Shown piece by piece: positions 34,701 through 43,164 of a stretch of DNA of 64,000 bases (position 1 is the first letter of the stretch; every line of letters starts with the position of its first letter). The stretch comes from an uncultured Gammaproteobacteria bacterium. GTDB taxonomy: Bacteria; Pseudomonadota; Gammaproteobacteria; UBA9214. The stretch covers positions 62,368 to 126,367 of the forward strand of contig CAWHCQ010000035.1 of the NCBI GenBank assembly GCA_963827755.1, in the 5' to 3' direction. The notes beneath the pieces are model-generated. The model did not search any database. It worked only from the letters and a program-made list of their open reading frames with translations, and was not told where the DNA came from. A program made the translations under genes and the position numbers.

Positions 34701-35490
34701 GCCCGGGCCCTTCCGGTTGCAGCAGCTGCAGGTTGAAACCGCTGACAGTCACCGTGGCGTCCCAGTTGATGCGCTCCAGCAGGTCCTGCAGGGTGCCGCG
34801 CACGACCACGTCGGCCGGCCCGCTGATGTCCTGCTGAACATCCAGCCGCTGCACGTTGCCCTGCAATGTACCCGTGCCGACCAGCCTTGGCATATCCGGC
34901 AGCTGCAGCCACCACTCGGTGGTGACAGTGCTTTCCTGTTGCGACTCCAGCGACAGCAGGCCATGGACCCGGGCCGCGAACAACGGCGCGTCCACTGAAA
35001 ACGCCTGCACCTGCAGCGCACTGTCACTGCCCGTGGCGGCAAGCTGCAGCCGGTCAACCAGGACTGGTTCCGCGGCCCCGTGTGCGAGCACACTGATTGC
35101 GGAAAGGGACAGATCCTCCAGCGTCACGGCAATCGGCAAGGGCTTTAGCGTCACGGGTTCCGGGGACTGTTGTTGCGGCGCTTCCAGCATCCGTATATCG
35201 ATGCCCGCCGCCCGCAGGTAAGCGATATGAACCCTGGCGCCGAACAGGGCCGTCGGCCGCCAGTCCAGGCCGAGGGAATCAAGCTGCACCTCGACAGACG
35301 CGTCGGCGTAGCGCACACCTTTCAGATCCAGTGGGCCCAGCAGGGAACCGCTTACGCTGTCGACGCCGAGTTCACCGGGCATGATCCGGTCCGCGCCGGC
35401 AATCAGCCAGCGCAAACCCTGGGTGGTGCTCGCGGCAACGACCAGCAACAGCACCAGGGCGGACAACACGATGACGAAAATTTTCTTCAC
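31771..35490 (-). CDS. tamB: translocation and assembly module TamB
   Basis: N-terminal TM, long beta-taco repeats, C-terminal DUF490 motifs (SPDL, YGQKLEIEKG, LFSDP, LSYLLLG, LGKYLSPRLYVSY). Confidence 0.92.
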   Translation of the reverse strand: MKKIFVIVLSALVLLLVVAASTTQGLRWLIAGADRIMPGELGVDSVSGSLLGPLDLKGVRYADASVEVQLDSLGLDWRPTALFGARVHIAYLRAAGIDIRMLEAPQQQSPEPVTLKPLPIAVTLEDLSLSAISVLAHGAAEPVLVDRLQLAATGSDSALQVQAFSVDAPLFAARVHGLLSLESQQESTVTTEWWLQLPDMPRLVGTGTLQGNVQRLDVQQDISGPADVVVRGTLQDLLERINWDATVTVSGFNLQLLQPEGPGRVLAADLSGSGELERFTIEGHARVTDPAFGELTADVQLSRAADQWRLQRLELRNPQHPGTLHVNGEFAAGGELFARANWSELAWQLSAQQSLRSASGELLLEGRLDDYRFQGNGLLESTGYPQLVLTAQGSGNRQRIELEQLQGESTRGSFDTSGSVAWQPALEWKLLANVREFDPAFFVPGRDGRLSFRLQTDASRLDEGLQGSLVIDDVAGTLQGQPVSGKTSASFRGNNVTIAEAVFAAGSTRLSASGSLDEDWNMQWDISTQDMGLLLPGAKGVLQGQGSLSGPRDTPRIIAGLDGSRVRTQGFRLDSLRAGVDVDLADRLVSKIDIKGDGIEVNNQSVDSVSLTADGKQSRHVIRFTLQQEKRQLAGNLTASLQAQTWSGTLQELRLEDPVAQNWALQQPAAFSVARSSAAVKSLCMLQADARLCAEADWQPAGWTAALDGDQLPLALLKPWLEQDIALDSSAGLQLRARSDSSGVQGTARLELAAGGITLDDGEETLVLANFGQSHISARLQNNELNGELDLPLQDNGGVSGQLRLGNVVSSAGWFSPQTTIASAFKLNFTDNGLISVFVPDISTSKGQVDGDLAISGTLGNPRLDGTATLKNAEVSVPQLGLQLKDANMQVSGDGNSIALQGSVTSGEGVASFQGQLLLQKGVPSSMDLAVSGTNVQLVNIPQATLFASPDLKLALRQQRLDISGTVRVPEAQIRLRELKGVAKESSDLVVTGQEETAVAAGKYQVYSRVSLVLEDKVSFSGFGLDGNIQGKLDILEEPGKVTRGQGELNIIDGSYKLYGQKLEIEKGRLVFAGGPVENPGLDMRIVRETGDVLAGVRVTGTADSPKLALFSDPAMEQSDMLSYLLLGVPTNRATSAQGAALSGAAASLGLTGGDMLASKLGDAFGIEDVRIESGDTLEESSLVLGKYLSPRLYVSYAAGLFDQSSTFRMRYTLSRRWTVQTETGLVSGADLLYSLEND

Positions 35491-37218
35491 AGGTCCGGCC
35501 CGATGACCAGGTGCAAACGCAGGGGATTGCCGGAGTCACTCAGCGCCGAGGCCACATCGACACGGATCAGGCCGATGGGGGAACGCCAGCGCACACCGAC
35601 ACCGGCGCCACTTTTCAGGCTGTCGGAAAAATCATCGATGGCATTACCTGTATCCACAAACACCGCCGCACTCCACTTGTCCCGGATATGCTGCTCATAC
35701 TCGGCGCTGCCGACCAGCAAATGCTTGCCGCCGACGACATCGCCGTCCGCATCTTTCGGCCCCAGGCTCTCGAAGGCGTAGCCGCGTACGCTTTGATCAC
35801 CACCGGCAAAGAAGCGCACCGTGGCCGGCAAGTCCTGAAAGTCCGGACACAAAGCTGGTACCCGCATCGCCGCGCAGAATGATCCGGCTGGCACCGAATA
35901 CCTTCTGGACGAGCTTGGCCTGCAGGCGGGCCTGCAAAAATGACACGTCGGAAAGCAGGGACTCCGAGGCGCCGCGCAGGGTGAACTGCAGGCGTGCACC
36001 GCGGCTGGTATAGGTGCGGTCATCGGCACGCAACCACATCCAGCTGGCCTCCGGCATCAGCAGGAAAGTAGTATCGTCTTCCTCGCCAACGGAAAAATCC
36101 TCACGCTGGAATTTCAGGCCGAGCGTTTCGTTCAAACCCCAGCGCCTGCCGCTGCGGCTTACCCCCAGCGAGGTGGTCTTGCTGCTGATGTCTTCGGTGT
36201 CGGAATCGAAATAACCGGCACTGAAGACCAGCTGCTCGGTGCGCGGGTCCTTCAGGGGCACCAGGTATTTCGCACTCAGGCTGTTCTTGATCTGCGACAG
36301 TTGCAGACCGGCTGCAATTCGATGGCCGCGCCGGTTCACCCGGCGCCGCTCGAAACCTGCACTGAGGCGCGCGCCGGTATCGGTGCCGAAACCTACGCCC
36401 AAGGCATACTTGTTGCGCTTGTGGGGCACCAGGCTCACCTCTACCGGCACCTGCAAATCCTCGGCCTGGTCCTGACGGGGATTCACATCCACGCTGCTGA
36501 AATAATCACTGCCGGTGAGGGCATCCTGCAGGCCCAGCACCGCGCTGGTGGAATAGGCATCGCCCGGCTTGAATCTCACGTAACGGGCAAGAAAATCTTC
36601 TGACAGGGAGTTTTGCCGGAAAGTCACCGGGCCAAACCGGTAACGGGGCCCGCTGTCAAAATGCAGCACGATGTTCGCCTCGTAGGCCTCCAGGTCGAGC
36701 CGAATCTCGTGCTGCGCGAATTTCGCATCGAAATAACCCCGCTCCAGTGCCAGCTTTTGCAGGCCGGCCTTCAGCTTGTCATAGCGCACATGATCCAGCG
36801 GTGCCCCGGCGAGCAATGGCTGCTCCTTTAATAATTTCACGAAGGCCGGATCCGCCTGCCCTTCTCCCAGCACCTGCACATCGGCAGACCCGATGGGCAC
36901 GACGTCGCCGGTGTCTATCGTGTAGCTGGCCTTCCAGCCGTCTTCGAGGCGCAGCAGTGCCTTGACCACCGTCGGCCGGTAATAACCCCACGGCTTGAGG
37001 GCGGTATGGATCTCCTCCACCGCCTTGCTGTGCAGGCGCCACACCCAGTTCCTGCTGAGATTGGCGTCGTCCTTGTACTGCTCGATGCCGAGGCTGTTGC
37101 GCACATTCTCCAGCAACTCCCCCTCCACACCCTCGATTACCACCACGATCCCGGCGCCATGGGCAACAGACCCCGCGCAGGCAGAGAACAGCAACAAAAA
37201 AACAAAAGACCGGAACAT
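35487..37218 (-). CDS. tamA: outer-membrane TamA (POTRA + Omp85 barrel); frameshift near 35845
   Basis: ALKPWGYY, SGPRYRFG, GFGTDTG, RFFAGGDQSVRGY, GVGVRWRSPIGLIRVDVA, RLHLVIGPDL. Confidence 0.92.
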
Positions 37219-37474
37219 GGATTAAAGTTTTTCAGGAAGACCAGCGGCTCATCATGGCCGTGAACGGGAACCAGGTCCATCATTATACAGGACCTGCGGG
37301 CCGTACCCGGTCAATCGATTCAGGAAAGTGCTCCCGGGCCCGGTTACCGGACCGGCAAACAGCCGTTTCCGCTGTGTTACTATCCGGCTTCGAAGCATGG
37401 CAGTTTACAGTGGCTTGTCCTGGCCCGATCCGTCTTCCATGCCGTGACCTTTTTTCATGTTTTCAACAAACATT

Positions 37475-39223
37475 ATGTTGCGCACACCAATTTCATTGCT
37501 AAAGCCGGCCCTGCTTGCCCTGCTGATGGTCTGTGCCCCTGCCCAGCTATACGCACAGACCGCGGCGGGTCAGGAACAGGGCAACGGAATGGTGGTAAAG
37601 CCGCCGGGTGCGATCGAAAACCTTGCGAGCATCCAGCAATCCATCGAGTCGAAACGCAGCGCAATTCGCGAACTCCGGGAACAACTGAAACAGGTAGAGG
37701 ACAGGTCCGAGCGGCAGGAATTCGAGCAGAAGATCGAGCGCACCAAAAACGAAATAGCGGGCCTGCAGCAGGCCTTCGAGCACATCGCGCTCGGCGGCAT
37801 CAACATCTCGATCCTCGGCGAGCAGGCCGAAGAGCAAATAGACTGGCGCAGCGAGATCGAGCAGGTCAGCCGGCCGCTGCTTTCCTCGCTCAAGGAACTC
37901 ACCGCAAAGCCGCGCCAGATCGACAGCCTGCGTCGGGAAATCGACCGGCAGGAAGCCCGGCTGAAGATCATCGAGAGGGCGCTTGACTCGATCCGGTCGT
38001 TTCAGCAGGCGGCGCTGCCGGCGGTGACGGCCGAACCGGTCAGGCAGTTGCTGGACGACTGGGAACAGCGCAGGGACGACACCGGGCGGGCACTGGAGAT
38101 AAGCCGCTACAAGCTCGCCAGCCTGAAGACCGAGAGTGCCAGCTGGCAGTCATCCGCCGGCGAGGCCATGAAAGATTTTATCCGTGGCCGCGGACTGACC
38201 CTGTTGATAGCCACGATCACAGGCCTGGCCATCTGGCTGGTTTCGAAGGGGCTGCTGCGCCTCTACTGGAAATGGCTGTATCAAACCACGCATGACATCG
38301 GGGCTACCCGGGCGCCGCTGTTTTATTACAGTTACCGCCTCGCCTCCGCGTTCTTCATCGCCCTGGCCGTTCTCATGGTGCTGTATATCCGCGGCGACGT
38401 GCTGCTGCTTACCCTGGCCCTGATCGCGCTTGCCGGCATTGCGCTGACCTTGCGGCACACCCTGCCCCGTTACATTGCCGAGTTGCGGCTGTTGCTCGGC
38501 GTCGGACCCGTGCGCGAGCAGGAGCGGCTGGTGCTGGACGGCATACCCTTCACGGTGGAATCGCTCAGCGTTTACTCCGTGTTGCGCAACCCCGCCCTCG
38601 AGGGCGTCATGCGCCTGCCGCTGCATGTCATGAATACACTCACCTCGCGGCCCGCCGGGCAGGAACCGTGGTTTCCCTGCGAGCCGGGCGACTTCATTAT
38701 TCTCGCCAACGGCGGTTTCGGCAGGGTGCTGCAGCAGACCATCGAACTGGTGGAGGTCGCCGTGCTCGACAGCCGGGTCCAGATCCGCACGAAGGACTTT
38801 CTCGGCCAGAACGTCCGCAACCTGACGCGCGAGGGATTCGGCATCGCCAACAGCTTCGGCATCGACTACCGGCACCAGGCCATTTGCCTTGACACGGTGC
38901 CCGGCCTTTTCCGCGAAGCGATACTCGCGCGTTTCGAAGGCGCGGGCCTGAAAGGCGATATCAAGGACATCCTGGTCGAGTTCAAGGCGGCGGGTGCCAG
39001 CTCCCTTGACTACCAGATTTACATCGTACTCAACGGGCGTGCGGCAAACGCCTATTTCCGGGCCCAGCGGCTGGTACAGCAGGCCTGCGTGGATGCCTGC
39101 AACCGGGAAGGCTGGGTTATCCCGTTCACCCAGATCACGGTGCATTCAGGAGACGTGGCCGATATGCCCTCAAAACCCGCGGCTCGATCGGCGGGCGGCG
39201 CTGCACGGCCCGGTCACGAATAG
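37475..39223 (+). CDS. atypical MscS-like membrane protein (signal peptide, coiled coil, TMs, MscS-like cytoplasmic domain)
   Basis: C-terminal FGIDY, EFKAAGASSLDY, IPFTQITVH parallel the MscS C-domain; the canonical TM3 GIGFGLQ motif is absent. Confidence 0.7.
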   Translation: MLRTPISLLKPALLALLMVCAPAQLYAQTAAGQEQGNGMVVKPPGAIENLASIQQSIESKRSAIRELREQLKQVEDRSERQEFEQKIERTKNEIAGLQQAFEHIALGGINISILGEQAEEQIDWRSEIEQVSRPLLSSLKELTAKPRQIDSLRREIDRQEARLKIIERALDSIRSFQQAALPAVTAEPVRQLLDDWEQRRDDTGRALEISRYKLASLKTESASWQSSAGEAMKDFIRGRGLTLLIATITGLAIWLVSKGLLRLYWKWLYQTTHDIGATRAPLFYYSYRLASAFFIALAVLMVLYIRGDVLLLTLALIALAGIALTLRHTLPRYIAELRLLLGVGPVREQERLVLDGIPFTVESLSVYSVLRNPALEGVMRLPLHVMNTLTSRPAGQEPWFPCEPGDFIILANGGFGRVLQQTIELVEVAVLDSRVQIRTKDFLGQNVRNLTREGFGIANSFGIDYRHQAICLDTVPGLFREAILARFEGAGLKGDIKDILVEFKAAGASSLDYQIYIVLNGRAANAYFRAQRLVQQACVDACNREGWVIPFTQITVHSGDVADMPSKPAARSAGGAARPGHE

Positions 39224-39292
39224 GCTGCCGGTTTCACAACCTGCGCATAACGCGCGAACCCTGTGCCGCTACGACCGGCAAGCGCGGAACAC

Positions 39293-40334
39293 CTATTTTG
39301 GTCGGCCGTCATCCCGGTGGGCGATACCGCGCAACAGGCGGCCAAGAATATCGGAGCCCGTAATCACCCGCTTCTCTTCTGCCCAGATGAGTATCAGGTC
39401 ATTATCGATGACATCGTCGTCCTCGGTGCTGGCATGCAGCCACAACCGGGGCAGCACCTTGCCAAGCAGGGTGCCGGTATTCGTGACGAGGATGGGCCGG
39501 TGACAGTAGCTGTACGGGTTGACAGCGGCCTTGCCAAAGAATGCATCCCTCAGGAAGGCGTTGGCATTCAGTACCACGCAGGGTTCATCCTGCTCATCGA
39601 CAATGATTACCCACTTCATGCCGGAGCGGTTTATGTCGTGCAGGAACGGGTCAAGCGCATTGCGCTCGAATGCGGGGAATACCGGCAGGCCGTCTTTTAC
39701 CGGCAGGCTGACGATACTGTCCGGGTGCACGTCTTCACCCTCCAGGGTGACCGCAATGTCATCCAGCGCCAGGAAATTCATGGCGCCGATGCCCTCCATG
39801 CTGGCTGACGTCCGAATCATCCGCCTCGATATGCTTGCGGATCACCGTGTGCAGGTCCCGTTCCCTGAAATAACTGATACCCTCCTCGCCCAGCCAGCGG
39901 TCCAGCACCATGGCACTGGGTTTGGCAACCGGGAACAGCAGTAACTGGTAAAAACGCAGTACCGGCGCCAGCAGCGAACCCATGCGCATGGCATGCCGCG
40001 AGAAATACGCCTGCGGCGTGATTTCACCGGCAAAGGTAATCAGCACGGTCGAGAAGAAAAAGGCTGTCATTCCGGTCATCACGGAGTTGGACAACAGGGT
40101 TAACAGGACGTTGATACCGACGTTGCCCCAGAGAATGGTGGTGAGCAGGAAATTGACATCCTTGCGCAGCTCCAGGATTCTGACCGCGGCGGGATTACCC
40201 GAGGTGGCTTCCACTTCCAGGCGCAGACGGCTGATGCCCAGCAACGCCAGGTTAAGGCCCGAGAACATGGCCGACTGGCTGATGCAGAACAGGATGCCTG
40301 CCCACACGAGGGCGTTTACAGACAGCGATTCCAT
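39293..40334 (-). CDS. DUF21/CNNM domain protein with degenerate CBS-like region; frameshift near 39805
   Basis: SQSAMFSGLNLA, NFLLTTILWGNVGIN, GEITPQAYFSRHA, EGIGAMNFLALDD, VITGSDILGRLLRGI. Confidence 0.8.
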
Positions 40335-40437
40335 ACGGTGAACTCCGGTTTAGCGTATTGACTGGCGCATACGATTCGGGACCTGCACCGCTGAAGAACC
40401 GCAGCTGTCACATTTACCGGCAATGGCTGGCACAGGT

Positions 40438-41328
40438 CTAGGTCGACTGCGTTTCTGAAAGGAATGCCTGGATTACCTCCCAGGCCTGCTGCGCGGTCTC
40501 GACGTATTGAAACAGGTCCAGGTCGTGTTGACTGATCGTGCCCTCGTCCACCAGCGCCTCGAAATCGATGATGCGCTCCCAGTAGTCCCGTCCGAACAGC
40601 AGCACCGGCACCGGCTTGACCTTCCTGGTCTGTATCAGCGTCAGCGTTTCGAACAGTTCATCGAGCGTGCCGAAGCCACCGGGAAAGGCCACCAGCGCCC
40701 TGGCGCGCATCAGGAAATGCATCTTGCGCACGGCGAAGTAATGGAACTGGAAGCAGAGTTCCGGGGTAATGTAGGGGTTGGGAGACTGCTCCATCGGCAA
40801 CACGATATTCAGGCCGATGCTCTTGCCGCCGGCATCGTGGGCACCGCGGTTGGCGGCCTCCATGATCCCGGGACCGCCACCGGTAATGACCACCATCTCG
40901 CACTGCGGTGAACCCAGGGTGATCATGCGCCCGAGTTCGCACGCCTCGTCATAATAGTGCGCCTTGGCGAGGATACGACCGGCAATATCCACCTTGCGTG
41001 CCAGCAGCTTGTCGGCCGGGTTTGCGGCTGCCCGCGTCTCGGCCTGCTGCAGACGCCTGGCGGCGGTTTTTTTATCGGGGATGCGGGTGCTGCCGAAAAT
41101 GACAATCGTGGATTGAATACCGTTTTCCTGCTGCAGCAGCTCCGGCTTGAGCACTTCCAGCTGCAGTCTGACCGGGCGCAGTTCATCGCGCAGCAGGAAA
41201 TCGTTGTCGGCATAGGCCAGCAGGTAGGACGGTGAGCGGGTCTGGGCCGTCTCGGGTGCGAGCATGGCGGCATCCGCATCGTCACCCGCCGTGGGGAATA
41301 CCGGTGTCGGTGTGTCAGCCTCGTTCAT
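40438..41328 (-). CDS. LOG-family (TIGR00730-like, SLOG) nucleotide phosphoribohydrolase
   Basis: IFGSTR, TGGGPGIMEAANRGA, FHYFAVRKMHF, FPGGFGTLDELFE. Confidence 0.9.
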   Translation of the reverse strand: MNEADTPTPVFPTAGDDADAAMLAPETAQTRSPSYLLAYADNDFLLRDELRPVRLQLEVLKPELLQQENGIQSTIVIFGSTRIPDKKTAARRLQQAETRAAANPADKLLARKVDIAGRILAKAHYYDEACELGRMITLGSPQCEMVVITGGGPGIMEAANRGAHDAGGKSIGLNIVLPMEQSPNPYITPELCFQFHYFAVRKMHFLMRARALVAFPGGFGTLDELFETLTLIQTRKVKPVPVLLFGRDYWERIIDFEALVDEGTISQHDLDLFQYVETAQQAWEVIQAFLSETQST

Positions 41329-41360
41329 CAGATCTCTCCCGGTTCACCGCTGTCCGTCGT

Positions 41361-42761
41361 TCAGAATGAAATGCTCGCGCCATGATGTGGAATCTCCGCA
41401 GACCACCCCTCGCGGGAAAGGTGTTTCTGCAATGCAAGCTTCGCCTCGGGCTCACCGTGAACCAGGTAGAGTTGCGGATGCGGTTTTTTGAAATGGTTAA
41501 TCCAGTCGGTCAACTGTGACTGGCTGGCGTGCGCGGAGAAGCCGCCCAGCGTATGGATGGTGGCGTGCACCGCGATCTCCTCACCCGCCATTCGAAAGGT
41601 CTTCGCACCGTCCACCAGTGCACGGCCCGGCGTGCCCCTGGCCTGAAAACCCACGATGATGACATGCGCGTTGCGCCGCCACAGGTTGTGCTTGAAGTGA
41701 TGGCGGATGCGGCCACCGTTGCACATGCCGCTGCCGGCAATGACGATGGCGCCCGACGCGATCCTGTTGATCGCCATGGACTCTTCAGTGGTGCGCGAAT
41801 ACTGCAGCGATGGTAAAAAGGTGTGCAGGCTGCCGGACCTCGCATGGCTGAGCATGGCACTGTCCTGGCGGTTGAAAACATCCTGGTAACGGTGATAGAC
41901 CTCGGTCGTGGCGATCGCCATCGGGCTGTCGAGGTACACCGCCTGCTGCTTCAGCTTGCCCTGCTGGTACAACTCGCCGAGACGGAAAATGATTTCCTGG
42001 GTGCGGCCGACGGCAAACGAGGGGATCAGGATATTGCCGCCGTCCTTCGAGGCCTGCGCGATGATGTCCTCGAACTCCTGCAGCGTCTCGTCCATGGGAC
42101 GGTGATTGCGGTCACCGTAGGTGGACTCCAGCAGCAACACGTCGGCTTCCTCGACGACCTCCGGGTCGCGCAGCAGCGCTGCGCAGCTGTTGCCGAGGTC
42201 ACCGGAAAATACCAGCTTCTTTGCGGCGCCGTTGCCGCCAATGAACAGCTCGACAATGGCGGAACCGAGGATATGCCCGGCATCGCGATAGCAGATCTCG
42301 ATGCCATCGGCCACCGCCTGGCGGCGGCCGTAGTCCAGGCCTTCGCAGAGCGACAACGCGGCCTCGACATCCTCGATGGTATACAGCGGCTCGATCTCGT
42401 CCTTGCCGGCGCGCCGCTGGCGCTTGTTTTCCCATTCCGCATCACGCTGCTGCAGAAACGCGGCATCCTTGAGCATGATCTCGAGCAACTCGCAGGTCGG
42501 GGTGGTCATGTAGATCGGCCCGCTGTAGCCGTCCGCCACCAGCTTCGGCAGCCTGCCGCTATGGTCGAGGTGCGCATGCGACAGGACCACGGCATCCAGC
42601 TTGCGGACATCGAAAGGAAAGGGATCCTCGTTCGCCTTGACCTCCTTGCGGCCTCCCTGGATAAGCCCGCATTCCATCAACACCGTCGCCTGCCCGGTTT
42701 CGATCAGGTAGGCCGAACCGGTCACGCCCTCTGTCGCGCCAAAAAATGTCAACGTCGCCAT
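41361..42761 (-). CDS. MBL-fold beta-CASP nuclease (YSH1/Int11-like)
   Basis: VTGS, SHAHLDHSGRLP, AGHILGSA, FSGDLG, ESTYGDRNH, FAVGRTQE, GSGMCNGGRI, FSAHA. Confidence 0.92.
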   Translation of the reverse strand: MATLTFFGATEGVTGSAYLIETGQATVLMECGLIQGGRKEVKANEDPFPFDVRKLDAVVLSHAHLDHSGRLPKLVADGYSGPIYMTTPTCELLEIMLKDAAFLQQRDAEWENKRQRRAGKDEIEPLYTIEDVEAALSLCEGLDYGRRQAVADGIEICYRDAGHILGSAIVELFIGGNGAAKKLVFSGDLGNSCAALLRDPEVVEEADVLLLESTYGDRNHRPMDETLQEFEDIIAQASKDGGNILIPSFAVGRTQEIIFRLGELYQQGKLKQQAVYLDSPMAIATTEVYHRYQDVFNRQDSAMLSHARSGSLHTFLPSLQYSRTTEESMAINRIASGAIVIAGSGMCNGGRIRHHFKHNLWRRNAHVIIVGFQARGTPGRALVDGAKTFRMAGEEIAVHATIHTLGGFSAHASQSQLTDWINHFKKPHPQLYLVHGEPEAKLALQKHLSREGWSAEIPHHGASISF

Positions 42762-42822
42762 CAAGTTCTCCTTAACCCGTCATGTTTCCGAAACAGATGC
42801 ACGCCTTGCGTTTAGCCGGCCC

Positions 42823-42831
42823 ATTATAGCA
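42823..42831 (-). promoter_or_regulatory. putative extended -10 promoter for the beta-CASP/LOG genes
   Basis: TGCTATAAT on the minus strand about 60 nt upstream of the start; AAGGAG RBS at 42768-42773. Confidence 0.45.
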
Positions 42832-42944
42832 AAGACGGGCGTGCGGGCCGTGGATACAGGTCGCTCCACCACGCATCGACCGCCCTCACGAGCGGAACAG
42901 CCGCGGGTTGCGTTCGATAAACTTTCGAATCCATGATTCGATGA

Positions 42945-43121
42945 AGGGGAAAGTGTGATCGCCATCACCACGACTGCGTTGATCCACAGCCGCTCGTAAA
43001 ACAGCAATACCAGTTCCACCCCCATGATGAGCTGAAGAACAACCAGGATTGTCAGGTGGACACGCACCGGCAGGTCGGCCCTGGCTTGCTTGCTGGCTGC
43101 TGGCTGTTGTCTTTCGTCCAT
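42945..43121 (-). pseudogene. truncated membrane protein gene (only the first ~2 TM helices remain)
   Basis: VHLTILVVLQLIMGVELVLLFYERLWINAVVVMAITLSP, after which the frame no longer looks protein-like. Confidence 0.4.
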
Positions 43122-43164
43122 CAGCGCATTATGCACCTGATCGCTGCCGGCTTGCGCACCGGTT

